Positions 37,870 to 50,413 of a stretch of DNA of 64,000 nt are shown piece by piece. The stretch is from assembly GCA_002189035.1 (NCBI GenBank), contig NEEC01000012.1:372001-436000 (forward strand), written 5' to 3'. Source of the stretch: Utricularia gibba. Lineage: Eukaryota; Plantae; Magnoliophyta. The position numbers and the translations under genes were made by a program. Below the pieces are notes generated by a model that had not been told where the DNA came from, did no database searches, and saw only the letters and a list, made by a program, of their open reading frames with translations. The first letter of the stretch is position 1. Each line of letters begins with the position of its first letter.

Positions 37870-39240
37870 AGTCTGGAATCTTCTCCGGTGTTCCTGAACA
37901 GCCACCGAGTGTGGTGCCAACTGCCAGCCCGAAACTCATGGTGAATCGGAAGGTAACGGTCCGAAGAGAGAAGGGAATGGCCCGCCAGGATGAATCCGAG
38001 TCTAAGGGGCCGCGTCTGGAGGAAATGTGGATGGTGGGGACGATGGCGGGTTCCATTTTTGAAATTTTATCTTTAATATAATACTCCGGTGTTGCAGCAT
38101 TCCTGGCTTTTAATCTGTGGATGAGAGTGAAGCTTCTAGTTTTCTTTTGCATGTGTGAATAGGTAGGTTATAACTGCGTAGATGCGAGCAGAAGTTTGCA
38201 GACGGAGGATATCAAGAGAGAGGCTCAGTGAAGTGCCGGTACAGCATCATGAGATGAGGATGGTCACGAATCTGCTGCCGGTATTCCTTCACATGTGCAT
38301 ATAACAGGTGAGAATCATATGGGGAAGAATGAGCCCGAAGGTGCAAATGACCAAGGAAAACGAAGGCTGAAGTTAGTGATAAGTCGAAGTGTAGGATTTT
38401 CCATGTGCGTCTCCTGCAAAGCTATCGATAACAGACACTGAGATATGTCTCATAAAATGGATGTCCCGAAGATAAGGTAGCTACCCCAAACATTTTTATG
38501 AAGCTATCTTCAGCTAAAACTATTTGAATACTTCGATGGAGTTGTGATGCTTTTTATCAGGAATTTCTGTGGGTGTTACTAGTTTCCGAAAGTATGATCC
38601 TAAATTTTCTTTTAAGGGCGGGAACCTTATCGGAGGAGCCGGGGAGACTATTACAGGACTACTCAGGTGCCAAAATCCAGATTCTGAAGGATGTAGATGC
38701 ACATCTGCAGTCTCCAACCAGGCCTGTTGAACTGGTGGGTTGGGTGAGTATCAAGGATTTGGCTTCTGAGGCAGGGATTTCTTTAATCCTTCTTGTTTCT
38801 TAATGCATTTTCGGTGATGTCCCATCATCTGGATTGATGCCTGAATCATGAGCATTAGGCTGATGCTAGTTCTCCTTCTTAGGTTGCTTGGGGATTCAGC
38901 GCGTGCAGGCACCCATTGGTGGTGAGCATATCGAAATGCCTGCTCCAATAGATGAGGCTGGCTCTAACAAGCTATCTATCCCTATGAAAAGATAGCAACA
39001 CCATCACTTTATTCTCTTTCAAGGCTCCTACTTGAAGCTCAAATGTTTGCAAAGGGTGGAGAAACAATTAGATATCTGCAAAGTAGATCAGGCAGAAGAA
39101 TCCAGGTAATTTTTGATTTAAAAGCCAATAGCCACAGTAGGTATACTGTTGCTAAGACAAAGCCCCTCTTTCGGAGACCATTCCAATGTGAAGTCAGTTC
39201 AGGTGACTGGTACATGGAAGCAATTTACAGAAGATGTGAT
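37870..39240 (+). pseudogene. Intron-retaining KH-domain (far-upstream-element-binding/FUBP-like) pseudogene
   Basis: Fragments in order: DESESKGPRLEE; LIGGAGETI-(deletion/frameshift)-YSGAKIQILKDVDAHLQSPTRPVELVG; ADASSPS*VAWGFS; EHIEMPAPIDE; AKGGETIRYLQSRSGRRIQ|gt; SVQVTG. Stops and frameshifts are present, some GT/AG junctions are kept, and no later KH exons are seen. Confidence 0.72.
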
Positions 39241-41133
39241 GGCATCAGGTTGGCGTGGTTCTTCCCTTTGCTTCGTAATTGACCTCTGTGTTGCTTGATT
39301 TTAGGGTTTGGATTCCATGTGAACAGTAAACCTGTGAAGTTATATGTGATTCATCTTCTCTGTTTGTACGTTCTCATCAATGAAAATTTTTGCTTGTAGC
39401 CCATTTACTTAGCTCTTAAAAGGATTGCTTATGACGATAGTATACAAATTGCCCGCCCCAGTTGCATTACTAATCGGCTAACAGGTGTAGTTTCCAGATG
39501 CCTGATATGATCATCTGTGCATATACAATTTTTTGTCTCAACAGTAACTAAGTTACTTTTTAATTGGTAATGCTAACTTCTACCTACTGCATTTTAGGCT
39601 CTAAACAAGTTGGGAATCGGAAGGTCACATTTGTTTTTTTTTCCCACTTTATGTCTTCCTATGTATGAGCCCTGTAAGTTCATGAGGTCTGAGCATGGAG
39701 TTTTGATGATACTGTGGGATAACTGGCCTCATAGACATCACATTAGGTCTCTTAATTCAAGAGGATGATTACAATATACTTCGGCTTGCCATTTTTATCT
39801 GTGTAAAAGGTGCAGATATCGGTTTGGTTGGTTGGCTGTAAAAATGCCACCAGTTGGGGTAACCCTTTTGGTGTCTCAATATCTGACGGCATTCCTTCTG
39901 TGTTACCAGAGAAGAGGGAGGGAGGGAGGTATGAAGCATTCCATCAGCATTTCAGGATGTTAATGATAGTTGGTAGGAAACATTGCATTTTTGATCATGT
40001 CATTGAGATGTGTTAGAAACAGTTTGATATACTCAGATCGCATGAATGAGTAACAGGTTTGTGGTAATTTAAAGGGGTGTTTTTACTACCCAAATCCTCT
40101 CTGAAATGGGCACAAAAGGTTTGTGCTTCCAGAGAGCTATGGTTGCAATTTAAAAACATGCTTTTTATGCTATTCTTTTCTTCATTTCAACTTATCTGAA
40201 AAAGGAGGCTGAGTTAACTTTGTTTTACTAAATTCTAATAAACCTTAATTTCATCCTCATATTTTACAACAACATTGAATTCTTGTTCGTCTCTCTTGGT
40301 TTTAGGTTAGATTAGCTTTCTTTTGGATTTTTAATCTTCCACCAAAATTTGGAACTTATGTTGGTTGAGATAGTAATTTTCCTTTTTATTTCAATTCCCT
40401 TATCTCTATAATTTTAGTAACTTATTGATTTTCTATTTCATTTTTCATTAATTGTACCATGAGATTTTTTATTATTTCATTTGAAAAACTTATTTCCTCG
40501 AGTATGGTTTTGACTTGAAGATTTAAATTGCTGTTCAAAACTCTACTTAGTTAATAGGAATGTTATAATCAATAAATAAATCATGTTCAAATTGTGTTTA
40601 ATTTAATTAATATTGTTTATTTTCGTTTAGATAGTATAAATAAACGATTGCAAATAAAATTGATATTTCATTAATTTTATGAACAAATAGGTTAGGCTGC
40701 ATTCGATTATCACATTAAAATTTGAGTGTTACTACAATCAATTTATCAAAAAGAAAAAACAAAAAAACGACACGGTGAAGTGTTATTTGCGTCGTTCACA
40801 TCTCTATAAAAAGCGTTTCAGCACCTCTATTCACTTGTTGCTAAGTGCTGCTTTTAAAGTTGCTAGAGAATCTCATATTTCGTTGGGTAATTGGCCTCAC
40901 ATCGTTTGGAGCTTCATCTCTGAGAAGCGAAATCGATTCTGCTGCTGTTGCTGGCGGTAGCCTGCTTCGGTCGGAGTCTACACGCTTCGGATGATGTGGT
41001 ATGAGAATGCTGTTTTTTGTATGCTTTTCTTTATTTTGATGTCATCGTTTATTAATTTTATAGGTGTTTCGGTTTTGATGTTGTGTGGAACTGGAGCACT
41101 GTACTCTGATTGAAGAGCGTGACAGCTCCGGCG

Positions 41134-42367
41134 ATGAAGAGGCTTTTGGAATTTGGGCGAAAAGCTATGTTCTATGTGAGAGTTCTTTCAGGTTACGAGC
41201 AGCGGAGAATCCAATCTTATAGATTGCAGCTCCACCAACGCCTCCTCAAGGTTTTCGTTCATCTTTGCTTGTCTGCCTTCTCTATTGTTGTTTGAATTGC
41301 AAAATTTCGCGGAACCACAGATGAATTTTGATTGAGAAAAAAATATTAACCTACAACAGAGAGAAATGGGGCTATCTTTTAAATGTTTCTGGAAAGCTAT
41401 TGAAATGCCCACTGAGAGCTAATACGAAACTGCCGTTTGCATCTCATAATCCATGACATGGAACAAGGATTTACTCTTTTCTGATTGTTATGAAGGCACA
41501 AGAAAGGAAAGAGGCACTCAAAAGGATTCCTGAGCAAGTTATTTTGTCTGAGGTGCGACGAATGGTAGAGGAGATGCAAGCATTGAACAAGAAGCTAGAA
41601 GAAACAGTAAGTTTGTGCTTCATTTATCTACTAATAGGAGCTTTGTTGCCCTGGTTGTGCTTCTGTTGAGTGCGCTCCCATAAATACTTCCAGTCAACAC
41701 GGATAGTGTTTCTAGATTTCATTTAGCGTCGTTGGGAGAGTTTGAGGATATGATCCTCACCCTTGTTTTAATAAAGTAAAACAGAAGCTGATAAAAAATA
41801 AATAAAGTAGAAGCATAAGGTAGCAAGTACGTTGAGTAAACCAGACAGAGTTTCAAGAAGCCGGTTGCCCACTGTAGGGCCTAAAATATAGTCTTAGTTG
41901 TTTGAATGTAGTGCAGAAAGTTGTAGAGGCCCTCCTTTCAAAAGACGAAAGTGCATAATACTCAGATTTTTCTGCATATGTTAGGACCTTGTAAGCAGTT
42001 GAGCTTGGTAAGGCTTGCTACATGTTTTTCTTGTTTGATTTGTGCACCTGTGGTTGCTTACTCGCTTATGCTCCTTTTCATGTTCCGATTATTTGTTTTC
42101 AGGCCTGTTCTATTGTGATATTAAACGTGAACTGAAATTGCGCAGGAAGCAGCCATCGAGGAGTACTTCAGCCCCATTGACAAGGAAGCAGAGATCATCA
42201 TGAAGATGCAGCTGGAAGGAGAGGAAGCGAGAATGAGAGAGATGATGGCAGCCATGCAAAGGAAAGCCCTACTCGACCAAACTGAGGCCGAACGCCTTGC
42301 AAACTCTCACAACAATGCGCCTGAGAAACAGACTCAAGAGCCAAACGGCATCACCCAACAGGCGTAG
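41134..42367 (+). CDS. Conserved plant protein of unknown function, 149 aa, coiled-coil-like
   Basis: Exons 41134-41250, 41496-41606 and 42146-42367, all phase 0. Protein: MKRLLEFGRKAMFYVRVLSGYEQRRIQSYRLQL..AQERKEALKRIPEQVILSEVRRMVEEMQALNKKLEETEAAIEEYFSPIDKEAEIIMKMQLEGEE. A 5'UTR exon ends at about 40998. Confidence 0.85.
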
Positions 42368-42649
42368 TTTATACCAATTGACAACATTTTGAAGCTTTTT
42401 CGCATTAAGGTTTCAAAGCACCACAACACCAATAACCATGTGGTAAGCAATACATCATTCAAGATGCTCTGGACTGTTTTTTGTTCTTTTGGTTCGGGTT
42501 TCCAACACCCCTTGTGGGAACATCAGAAAAATATATCAAAACAATTCTTAGGTTGTTAGAGACGGATCCACTAAGCTTCAGGGACTGAGATTTCATCTCT
42601 ATAAGGTGGAACATATCAGCTGCAGGCAGCGAGAAAACCTTTGTGGAGG

Positions 42650-44389
42650 TGATGTGGACCTCATCCCATGGATCGAGCCCACCACTTACAAGAAGAAGAA
42701 TAAGCCCAAACCCAAATGCAATCCAAATACAGAATCTTAAATCGCATACCCTATCGTTGGGGAGAGGCTGGAATTGAAGGAATACTCAGAGCTTGAAGGC
42801 TATCGGAGTGCTGCCTGGAGGTAGAGACCCTACAGCCTGTAGGACTTCTTCAACCTCTACCTGTCCCGTCGGTGATTTAGTCTAGTTTGTCCTTAGACTT
42901 CATTGTTGCACTACTTGAATCTCAAGACTTCTCTGTGATAATGGTAGTAATTGACAGGCTATCGATGTATGCTCATTTCATTCCTTTGAAATGAGCTTCT
43001 ACGGCAAAGAAAGTTGCTAAGGTTTTCTTTGATAATATTTTCAAGTTACATGGATTATCCCAAGATGTCATTAGTGATTGCGATCCGGTCTTCACTAGTC
43101 AATTCTGACAAGAACTCTTTAGGCTCAACGGTACCCAACTTTTCTTTAGCTCAGCTTATCACCCGCAAACGGATGGCCAAACAGAAGTCATAAATCATGT
43201 TTTGGAATCATATCTGTGAGCCTTCTCTAGTTGTCATCCACGTGATTGGTCCTCTTGGTTATCTTGGGCGGAATATGCCTATAACGCCAGTTATCATACT
43301 ACTATCCGGATGACAGCATTTGAAGGTGTTTATGACAGAACCCCTCCAACCCTCCGACAATATCACCCACAAGAATCAACTACTGTTGATTTAGACCTAC
43401 TACTGTGCAAGAGGACTGCTATGTTAGCCATTTTAAGGGGACACATCAAAGCAGCTCAAGAGCGTATGAAGTCTTACTACTATCGCCATCACTGTGAAGT
43501 CACCTTTAGACCAAGGGACTAGGTTTGGCTTAGGCTTCGACACTTGCACCAGGTTTTTGTTAGACAACAAGCCCCCTCAAAATTAGGACCTCGGTATTAT
43601 GGCCTGTTCCAGGTGGGTGTATAGGCACTGCTGCCTACGGTCTCAAGTTGCCGGCGTCCAGCCGCATCCATCCTGTTTTCCATGTATCTTTGCTCAAGAA
43701 ATTCTCAGGTCCTCCTCCTAACGACTCTACTGTGATGGATCCATCTGATGTGTACTGTCCCAAAGTTGTCCTCAATGCATGTCGTCAAGGATTTCAAGTC
43801 ACACTATTGGTGCAGTGGAGAGGGTACCTCATCCAGGAAGCAACTTGGGAACGTTTCTCGGTATTTCTCAACTGATTCCCCTCTTTTGTAGAAGCTGCCG
43901 CTCTACACTTGAAGCGCCAAAGAGTTGATGTGGACCTCACCCCATGGACCGAGCCCACCACTTACAAGAAGAAGAACAAGCCCAAACCCAAATGCAACCC
44001 AAATGCAGAATCTTAAATCGCAAACCCTATTTGTGGGGAGAGGCTGGAATTGAACGAGTACTCAAAGCCTGGAGGCTAGCGAAGTCCCGCCTGGAGGCTG
44101 CTCTCTTCCCTATTTTCTCTCTTTTGTTGCTACTCATTTGATGAGCCTCTTGTGTTGAACTTTTTTCTACTGCTACGTTCATTGTTTTGTGCAAACTGGG
44201 TCCTTTAACCCGTTCTCGATTTAAAGCCTTATCAGGAGGTGACAAAACTCAGCTACTGCTATGTTGTTTTTGTTTCATGATAGATAGTAGACATTCTTTG
44301 GCTCTCTGGACCCCTGATTAGAGACAGAAACTCCCTTTGGTTGCATTCCTGATAAACAGAAATTTTAGTAAAAGCAAAATTTCGTATCA
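42650..44389 (+). mobile_element. Internally deleted Ty3/gypsy chromovirus: partial LTR, integrase plus chromodomain, LTR
   Basis: A direct repeat of about 175 bp starts TGATGTGGACCTCA at 42650 and 43926; the second copy ends ...GTATCA at 44389. Between them: [86 protein letters not shown]. No matching TSD found. Confidence 0.85.
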
Positions 44390-44399
44390 AATACATTTA

Positions 44400-46498
44400 T
44401 AAGCCCTAATCTACACAAAATACAAATTGAGAAAACTTGTATAGTGAATGTCATGTATTTCAGCAGATGCAGAATTCAAAATAACGGTAAATGTTAGTCT
44501 AAGCTCGGACCAATAGTGGTAAACAAGTTCGGTAAACAAGATTAGTAAATAATATATGGTCTCAACGCTAAAGGTAGCAAGTACTGGTTTTAACTCAGAA
44601 TAATATAAAGATACCTTAAAGATCTGTAGGTGGTGTGGTGCTAAATGTCTAACTTAAATTATCATGTTCCTATATTCACAACTTCAAATAACTTAAGTCT
44701 ACCCAGGTCATTTGTCATATTTTCGACTAAGCTAGTCCCCCATATCATCACCAACATTGCAATTAGGTCTACCCGCATGCAAAGCATATAGAACTTGGTC
44801 TATCCGGTTCTACTGGTTCTACCTCGGACTAACACCTACTGCTCCCATCTTGATTTTTTGATCTTCCTCTAAATCAAACATTTAAGTTGTGAAGCTACTT
44901 GTTCCCCTCCTTAAATCTACCCATGGCTTGATAGAAACAAGAACTAAGAAACAATGATGAATTTTATTAAGACTTCTAGACCCACACCACTACGCTTCAC
45001 CTCAAGGCACCTCTAGGATTTCAGTTACTCATATTTGAAAGGTAAAAAGTAATGACATTAACATGAAATAATGAAAATGTTAAAAACATCGTGCAGGAGT
45101 TGGGTGCAAAAACTAAAGATATCAACAAACTAAAAAGAAGCAGTAGAGTTCTGGTTTCTGTCTACTACTGTTCACAGTCTGGAACAGTAGCATTGAATTG
45201 AGTCTTGATCCTCTTCCTTCAAGCTGAAGGTTCTTCTCTAGAAAAATCGCATTTCTTTCTCCTTCTCCTTCAGTATTCTTCGTGTTTGAGTTGGGGGAGA
45301 AGCCCCCTCGTGTGTGTTCTGAAAATTCTGGTTGAACCCCTCTACTTTGCGACTCTCTCTCCTCCTCATCCTTCTCTCACCTCTCACTGCCCAAGGCAAG
45401 TACATTTTCTGAAAAATCTGTTGCTCTTGACCCTAACTTGTAGACTGCCACCATGACAGTGTATTCATTGTTGGTGTATGTGTTCTAGAGACAATTAACT
45501 CATTGGAAAATCTTATCTTTTGATATTTACCTTGAATTGTGATCAAGTTTACATAATTGATAAAATCCTCTACTTGATCTATGTGCTATAGAAATTATAA
45601 TGAGATCATAATGTGAGATTCTTCAAGTATTTATGTTTAAGTTAAAAATTCCTTGGCTAGAGTATTTGTGAAATAAGGATATCACAAATACGGATAAGCT
45701 GGCACACATTGAGTTCCCTAAACTGTTAAGGCAATGGTTCTCACAATTGATGTAATGAGATTATTAGAACTTATGTGTGGGTGTCGATTAGAAAATCGAT
45801 TCACTAGATGACTCAGATTCGAGATGCTACTATGGGAAGCTAACCAAGTATCAATAGCAAGATCTCGAATATGACAGCCGTGCAAGTAGGCTTAGACTTG
45901 AGGTCAACAAAGTTATCTTGATCTTAAGCTCACCTTTATGCTCATTACTAATGGGAGCCTAACCATGGCTTACCTAGTATGGATGAGTAGGGATGTGACT
46001 CCATAAGGTTGGAGATAGTTGATTGATCAATAAATGATTTATCACTCATGTTAGCGATGAGATCATATCTCAAGTAATTGCATCAAAGCCTAATAGTAAG
46101 TCCTGGGACCAAGGTAATGACACTCGAATTGTTTGAGTAGGTCATTGAGTGTTAGTGCTTGAATGCAATTATAGGTTCGATACATTAGAAAGACACACAC
46201 CCATGTTCTGGTATCGAATGAGATATAAGTATGACGAAAGATGTTCATTGCATGGTGGCTGGTTATGAAAAGGCTCAATCAATTCCCTGATTATTCTTTA
46301 ATCTTGGGGATCATGATATGTTGCTAGACATCACTCATGATCGATAATGATTGATTTGATTAATTAAGAGTTAATTAATAAATCCATTATTACAGCCTTG
46401 ATTGAAGAAGCCTATAAGGTCATACACAATAGTGGAGTCACTCATCGATATAAAATAGAATGATACAATTAAATGAGATTTAATTGGTAAAGTGGCTA
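44400..46498. mobile_element. Degenerate, probably LTR-retrotransposon-derived non-coding sequence
   Basis: No ORF. Composition and a few motifs (e.g. GTTGCTAGACATCACTCATG, GAAGCCTATAAGGTCATACAC) resemble plant LTR interiors from memory only; boundaries are not defined. Confidence 0.3.
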
Positions 46499-48470
46499 TG
46501 TTGCATGTCGTTTCCTCAATAAATTTTAATTTAAAAAAACGTAAAACACAATAAAGCGTAGTATGATTATCAATCTTAGGGAATTAAGTTTTGTAAAAAG
46601 TGTTTTGCACTAAACTTTTACAAATTGTCACGTGTTTGTAAAAGATAGTTTTTGAAATACAGAAATAAAAGATACAACGCAAGTAATTGACTTTGACTAA
46701 AGGGAAGTAGTTATTGACAATGAGATTCAATTTCCTCCCTTTGTCTATCCTCGTATTGGCTTTCACTGATTTCTTCTGAATAAGTGGTTATAGGAGCAAA
46801 AAATAGTCTACTCTCCCTTACACTTTAATTGACAAGGAGGTATGAGAATAGTTTCATGTGATTTTCCCTTGGATGACCAATGGTGAGTACAAGGTCACTA
46901 TCCGTCCATTGTCATGATACTTTGATCACAAACAATTCACTATTTCTCTCGAACTAGGAACACTTAGTTTTGGACTTTTGTCATTTTCCTTTCTAGACTT
47001 AAGACTTTTAAGTTCTTCCTCTCTTCCAAGGAGGAAGAATACTTAGCTTCCATTTTCGTTTCTATTTTCATGGCCCTTTGTGACTAAAACCTTTTAGTTT
47101 CTGAAAGAAAATGAAGTTCCATCCAAGTCCTTAGCAATAAACTCGATTTTTCGCTGAATTCATTTCGGATTTCGCATACTTCAGCGTATCTTGTTGCAGT
47201 CTTTTTGTAATGACTCCTAGTCAAGGTTCATGAGTAGCAGGCCACTCTTCGCAGATTTTGGTGTAGATCAAGGTGAAAAGCACCAATTCCAACCCTATCG
47301 GTTCGAGGGAAGTAGCAGATTGTTTTCAGCCTACGTACCGTGATAGTGGATAGATTGTGACCTTGAACCTTCCATTGGTCATTGGCAACAGTTGGGCACA
47401 TGCGCACAATTCGGTTTTGAAAGCAATTAAAGGCAATCCTCTTGTCTTCTTAATCGTCCAAGGGGAAATCACATGATGCTATTCCCGTGCCTCCTTGTCA
47501 ATCAGAGTGTAAGGAAGAGTAGCTTATTCCTTGCTCCTATAATCAGCTATTCGGAAGAAATAAGTGAAAATTAAGGTAAGGATGGACGAAGGAAGGAGAC
47601 GAAATCTCATTCCCAGGAACTGTGTCCTATAGTCAAGTCTCATTACTTATGTTGTATCTTTCATTTATGTATTTCACAAACCCCTTTTACAAAACCGTGA
47701 CATTTCGTAGAAGTTTCTTACAAAACACTTTACACGAAAAACAACTCTCTGAGATCGATACTCGTACTACGCTCTTTTATGTTTTACGTTTTATATATTT
47801 AAAATTTTTTGAGAAAACAATATGTAATAGACACGTTACATAAAGACTGCAACATGATGTGTGAAAATATACGAAATCCAGAAGAAATTCTGTAAAGAAC
47901 CGAGATTTGTACTCAAGACATAGAAGGAAACTTTATCTATTTCTAAAAACTAAAAAGGTTTAGCCACAAATAGCTTTGAAAAAAAAATGAAAGCAGAAAG
48001 GTAAAGTGCAAAAACGGGTCCAATCCAAATTGTTCCAAGTTTCTTTGAATTCAATCCCACGTGTATTAACTTCCTCTGCTCTTCTTCCATCATTCTTTTG
48101 TCTTGTGTACACAGCTAGCTTTTCCATACGTGCAAGTAAGCACTCAATCATTGTTGCAAATTTTGATATGTCGTAAGTTAGAGGATCCTGAACAATGTCA
48201 GTATTCCACCCACAATTGATCTACTTCACATACAAGTCACGAAACATTAGTATTTGATCTCTTGCCAATTTCCTGCAACACTTCAAGATTGCTTTCTAAC
48301 ACATTTTGATCAAAGTGCATGAAAAAGATAACAAAATATGTATAGAATACAAAAATAAGATTTTTTTAGTAAAATAAAATATTTATCAATATAATTTCTA
48401 ATTTGGGTAACTTAATACCTAATTAACACGTAATAACGTATAATAAATGCTTAGAAAATGACTTTTAATA
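46499..48470 (-). mobile_element. Solo LTR containing an inverted, truncated copy of the same family (about 46955-47830)
   Basis: TSD GGCTA at 46494-46498 and 48471-48475. The outer parts 46499-46955 and about 47835-48470 are colinear with 55485-56774, whereas 46955-47830 is the reverse complement of about 55485-56340. Confidence 0.85.
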
Positions 48471-50111
48471 GGCTATAAATCTATTTTTAAATAAGAGGCA
48501 TTATTTTTGGATGAAAAGCAAAATTATAACACATGGGCCTTGTTTATATAAATTGATCTCCCCCCTCCTCATGGGTTTAGTAAACCAGCTCTAATGAATT
48601 TTCGCATGGTGTATAGACATTAGATAGGTTTATTTTTACTCTTTTTGGCATTCCATGTACTATGATTTTAGAGTCAAACATACCTAAACCCTCTTTTCAA
48701 AAAAGAGTCATTATTATCGAATGAAAAGCAAAATTAGAAGAAATGGGCTGTGTTTATATAAATTAATCACCCCCACCCTCCCCATAGGTTTATGTAAACC
48801 AGCTTCGATGAACAGTAACACAACGGTAGTTACAAGAATTCTAAAGGGAATACCGTACCTTCTTTAAGTGTTCTCCTTTGCCAAAGAGTCAAATGGTAGC
48901 TTACCCTAAATTACAATCCAACACGGCTCTTTGTTTCGAGTAGGTATTGAACCCAAGAATATACACCCCATGGAGCACTCGGAGAATGACCCATTCGACA
49001 CTCGTCCGATCAGTATATGAAATTATGACAAAATGTGGCATTTCCAGGTAAACAGAGAGAGAGAGAGAGAGAGAGGGACTCAATTGGTCCCGCCGCTAAA
49101 CAGATGATGGTTCCATGATTTCTTCTCCATGTGGAATTGCATCCTGTGTGTTTTTTGGTCCTCCTTATTCTTACTGACTATTTCCTCGCCTCCTCATGCT
49201 GCTGGTGTGAAGCCGCACCCTCCAGAGTCGTATTCACCTTGAGAACATGACGCATTCTAAACTTGGGTTTGAAAATAGCTACGCAGACGACAACTGCAGG
49301 GTGCATGTGAAACTGGTGGAGCATGACGAGGAAATGTACGGCGCCCCCCTTCTTTATATTTGATTCGTTCAACTTCGCAAAGTCAACCCCACCCCTATAA
49401 TCAATCACAACTAAAATATTTAATATGAAGTCTTGGATGGGTACGTATATATTATGATAACAGTTGAAAAAATAACTTCAAAATTAATTTTAAAAGAATC
49501 AAAAATTCTAATAAAATGATAATTGATATATGTTTAGAATTGTTTTTTAAAAAAATGATTATTATAGAATTGATTAATATTTGCAATAAAAAAATTAAGT
49601 AAATTATACATTCAACTATATTTATTAATAATTATATTTTATAAATTTATTTAAATAAATGCATATTATATAATATCAAATTCCTAAATAATCATTAATA
49701 GTAATACAAAATCAATGATTCTTCTCTTATGGATTGAAAATTTGTAAAGCATTAGACCATATAAGCAGAATAAAATTTTGAAAACAAATATAAATTAGTG
49801 TTTATTTTAAATATAGTATTAATTATAATTTTATATTAATAAATAGATATACTAATAAATATATTTATTAAAATCAATTTTTTAAAAACAAATTAGATAA
49901 AATATACATATCCATTCTTTTTAGAGAATGAAATTAATTCTTAAAAGTCAATCATCATAAAAGAAAATCTTGTAAAAATTTGAAAAGTAAAATTAATTAT
50001 ACGAGAATAGAATTGATTTCCAAAAATTGACTATTTCATTATATGATAAAATTTGAAGGGACAATCACATAGTCAATTTGCTCCAATGCGATTGCGTTCA
50101 GGTCGGCCGGT

Positions 50112-50336
50112 CCGACGCGTATGCAGTAGCTCTTTGGTTTTGATTTCTGAACGGTCACGCGCCGCCCTTGACTCTGGACGCGCTCTCCAGGCATAATATA
50201 TCGGTCCGTATGCGTTGGTAGTTTTGAAAGGGACAAATTCGTAAATGATTGTTTCATTAAATTAATGTGTTCATGACTCCTCCGGCCTTTGAAGTTTTCT
50301 TGCGTCTGACTTTGCTCCAAACTCAACCTATATATA
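50112..50336 (+). promoter_or_regulatory. ERF promoter: DRE core/CGCG box and TATA box
   Basis: CCGAC 50112-50116 overlapping ACGCGT 50115-50120; TATATATA 50329-50336, about 80 nt upstream of the ATG. Confidence 0.45.
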
Positions 50337-50413
50337 CCATATTCAGTCAGTTGGACACCACCAGCAGATCGTCGCCTGGCAACAGCACAGCGCAGCATAA
50401 CGCAGGAAAAGCC

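Noticed and set aside
48868-48885. TTCTCCTTTGCCA resembling a miR399 target or star sequence
   Set aside because: Only about 12 nt match, with no hairpin partner or IPS1-type bulge.
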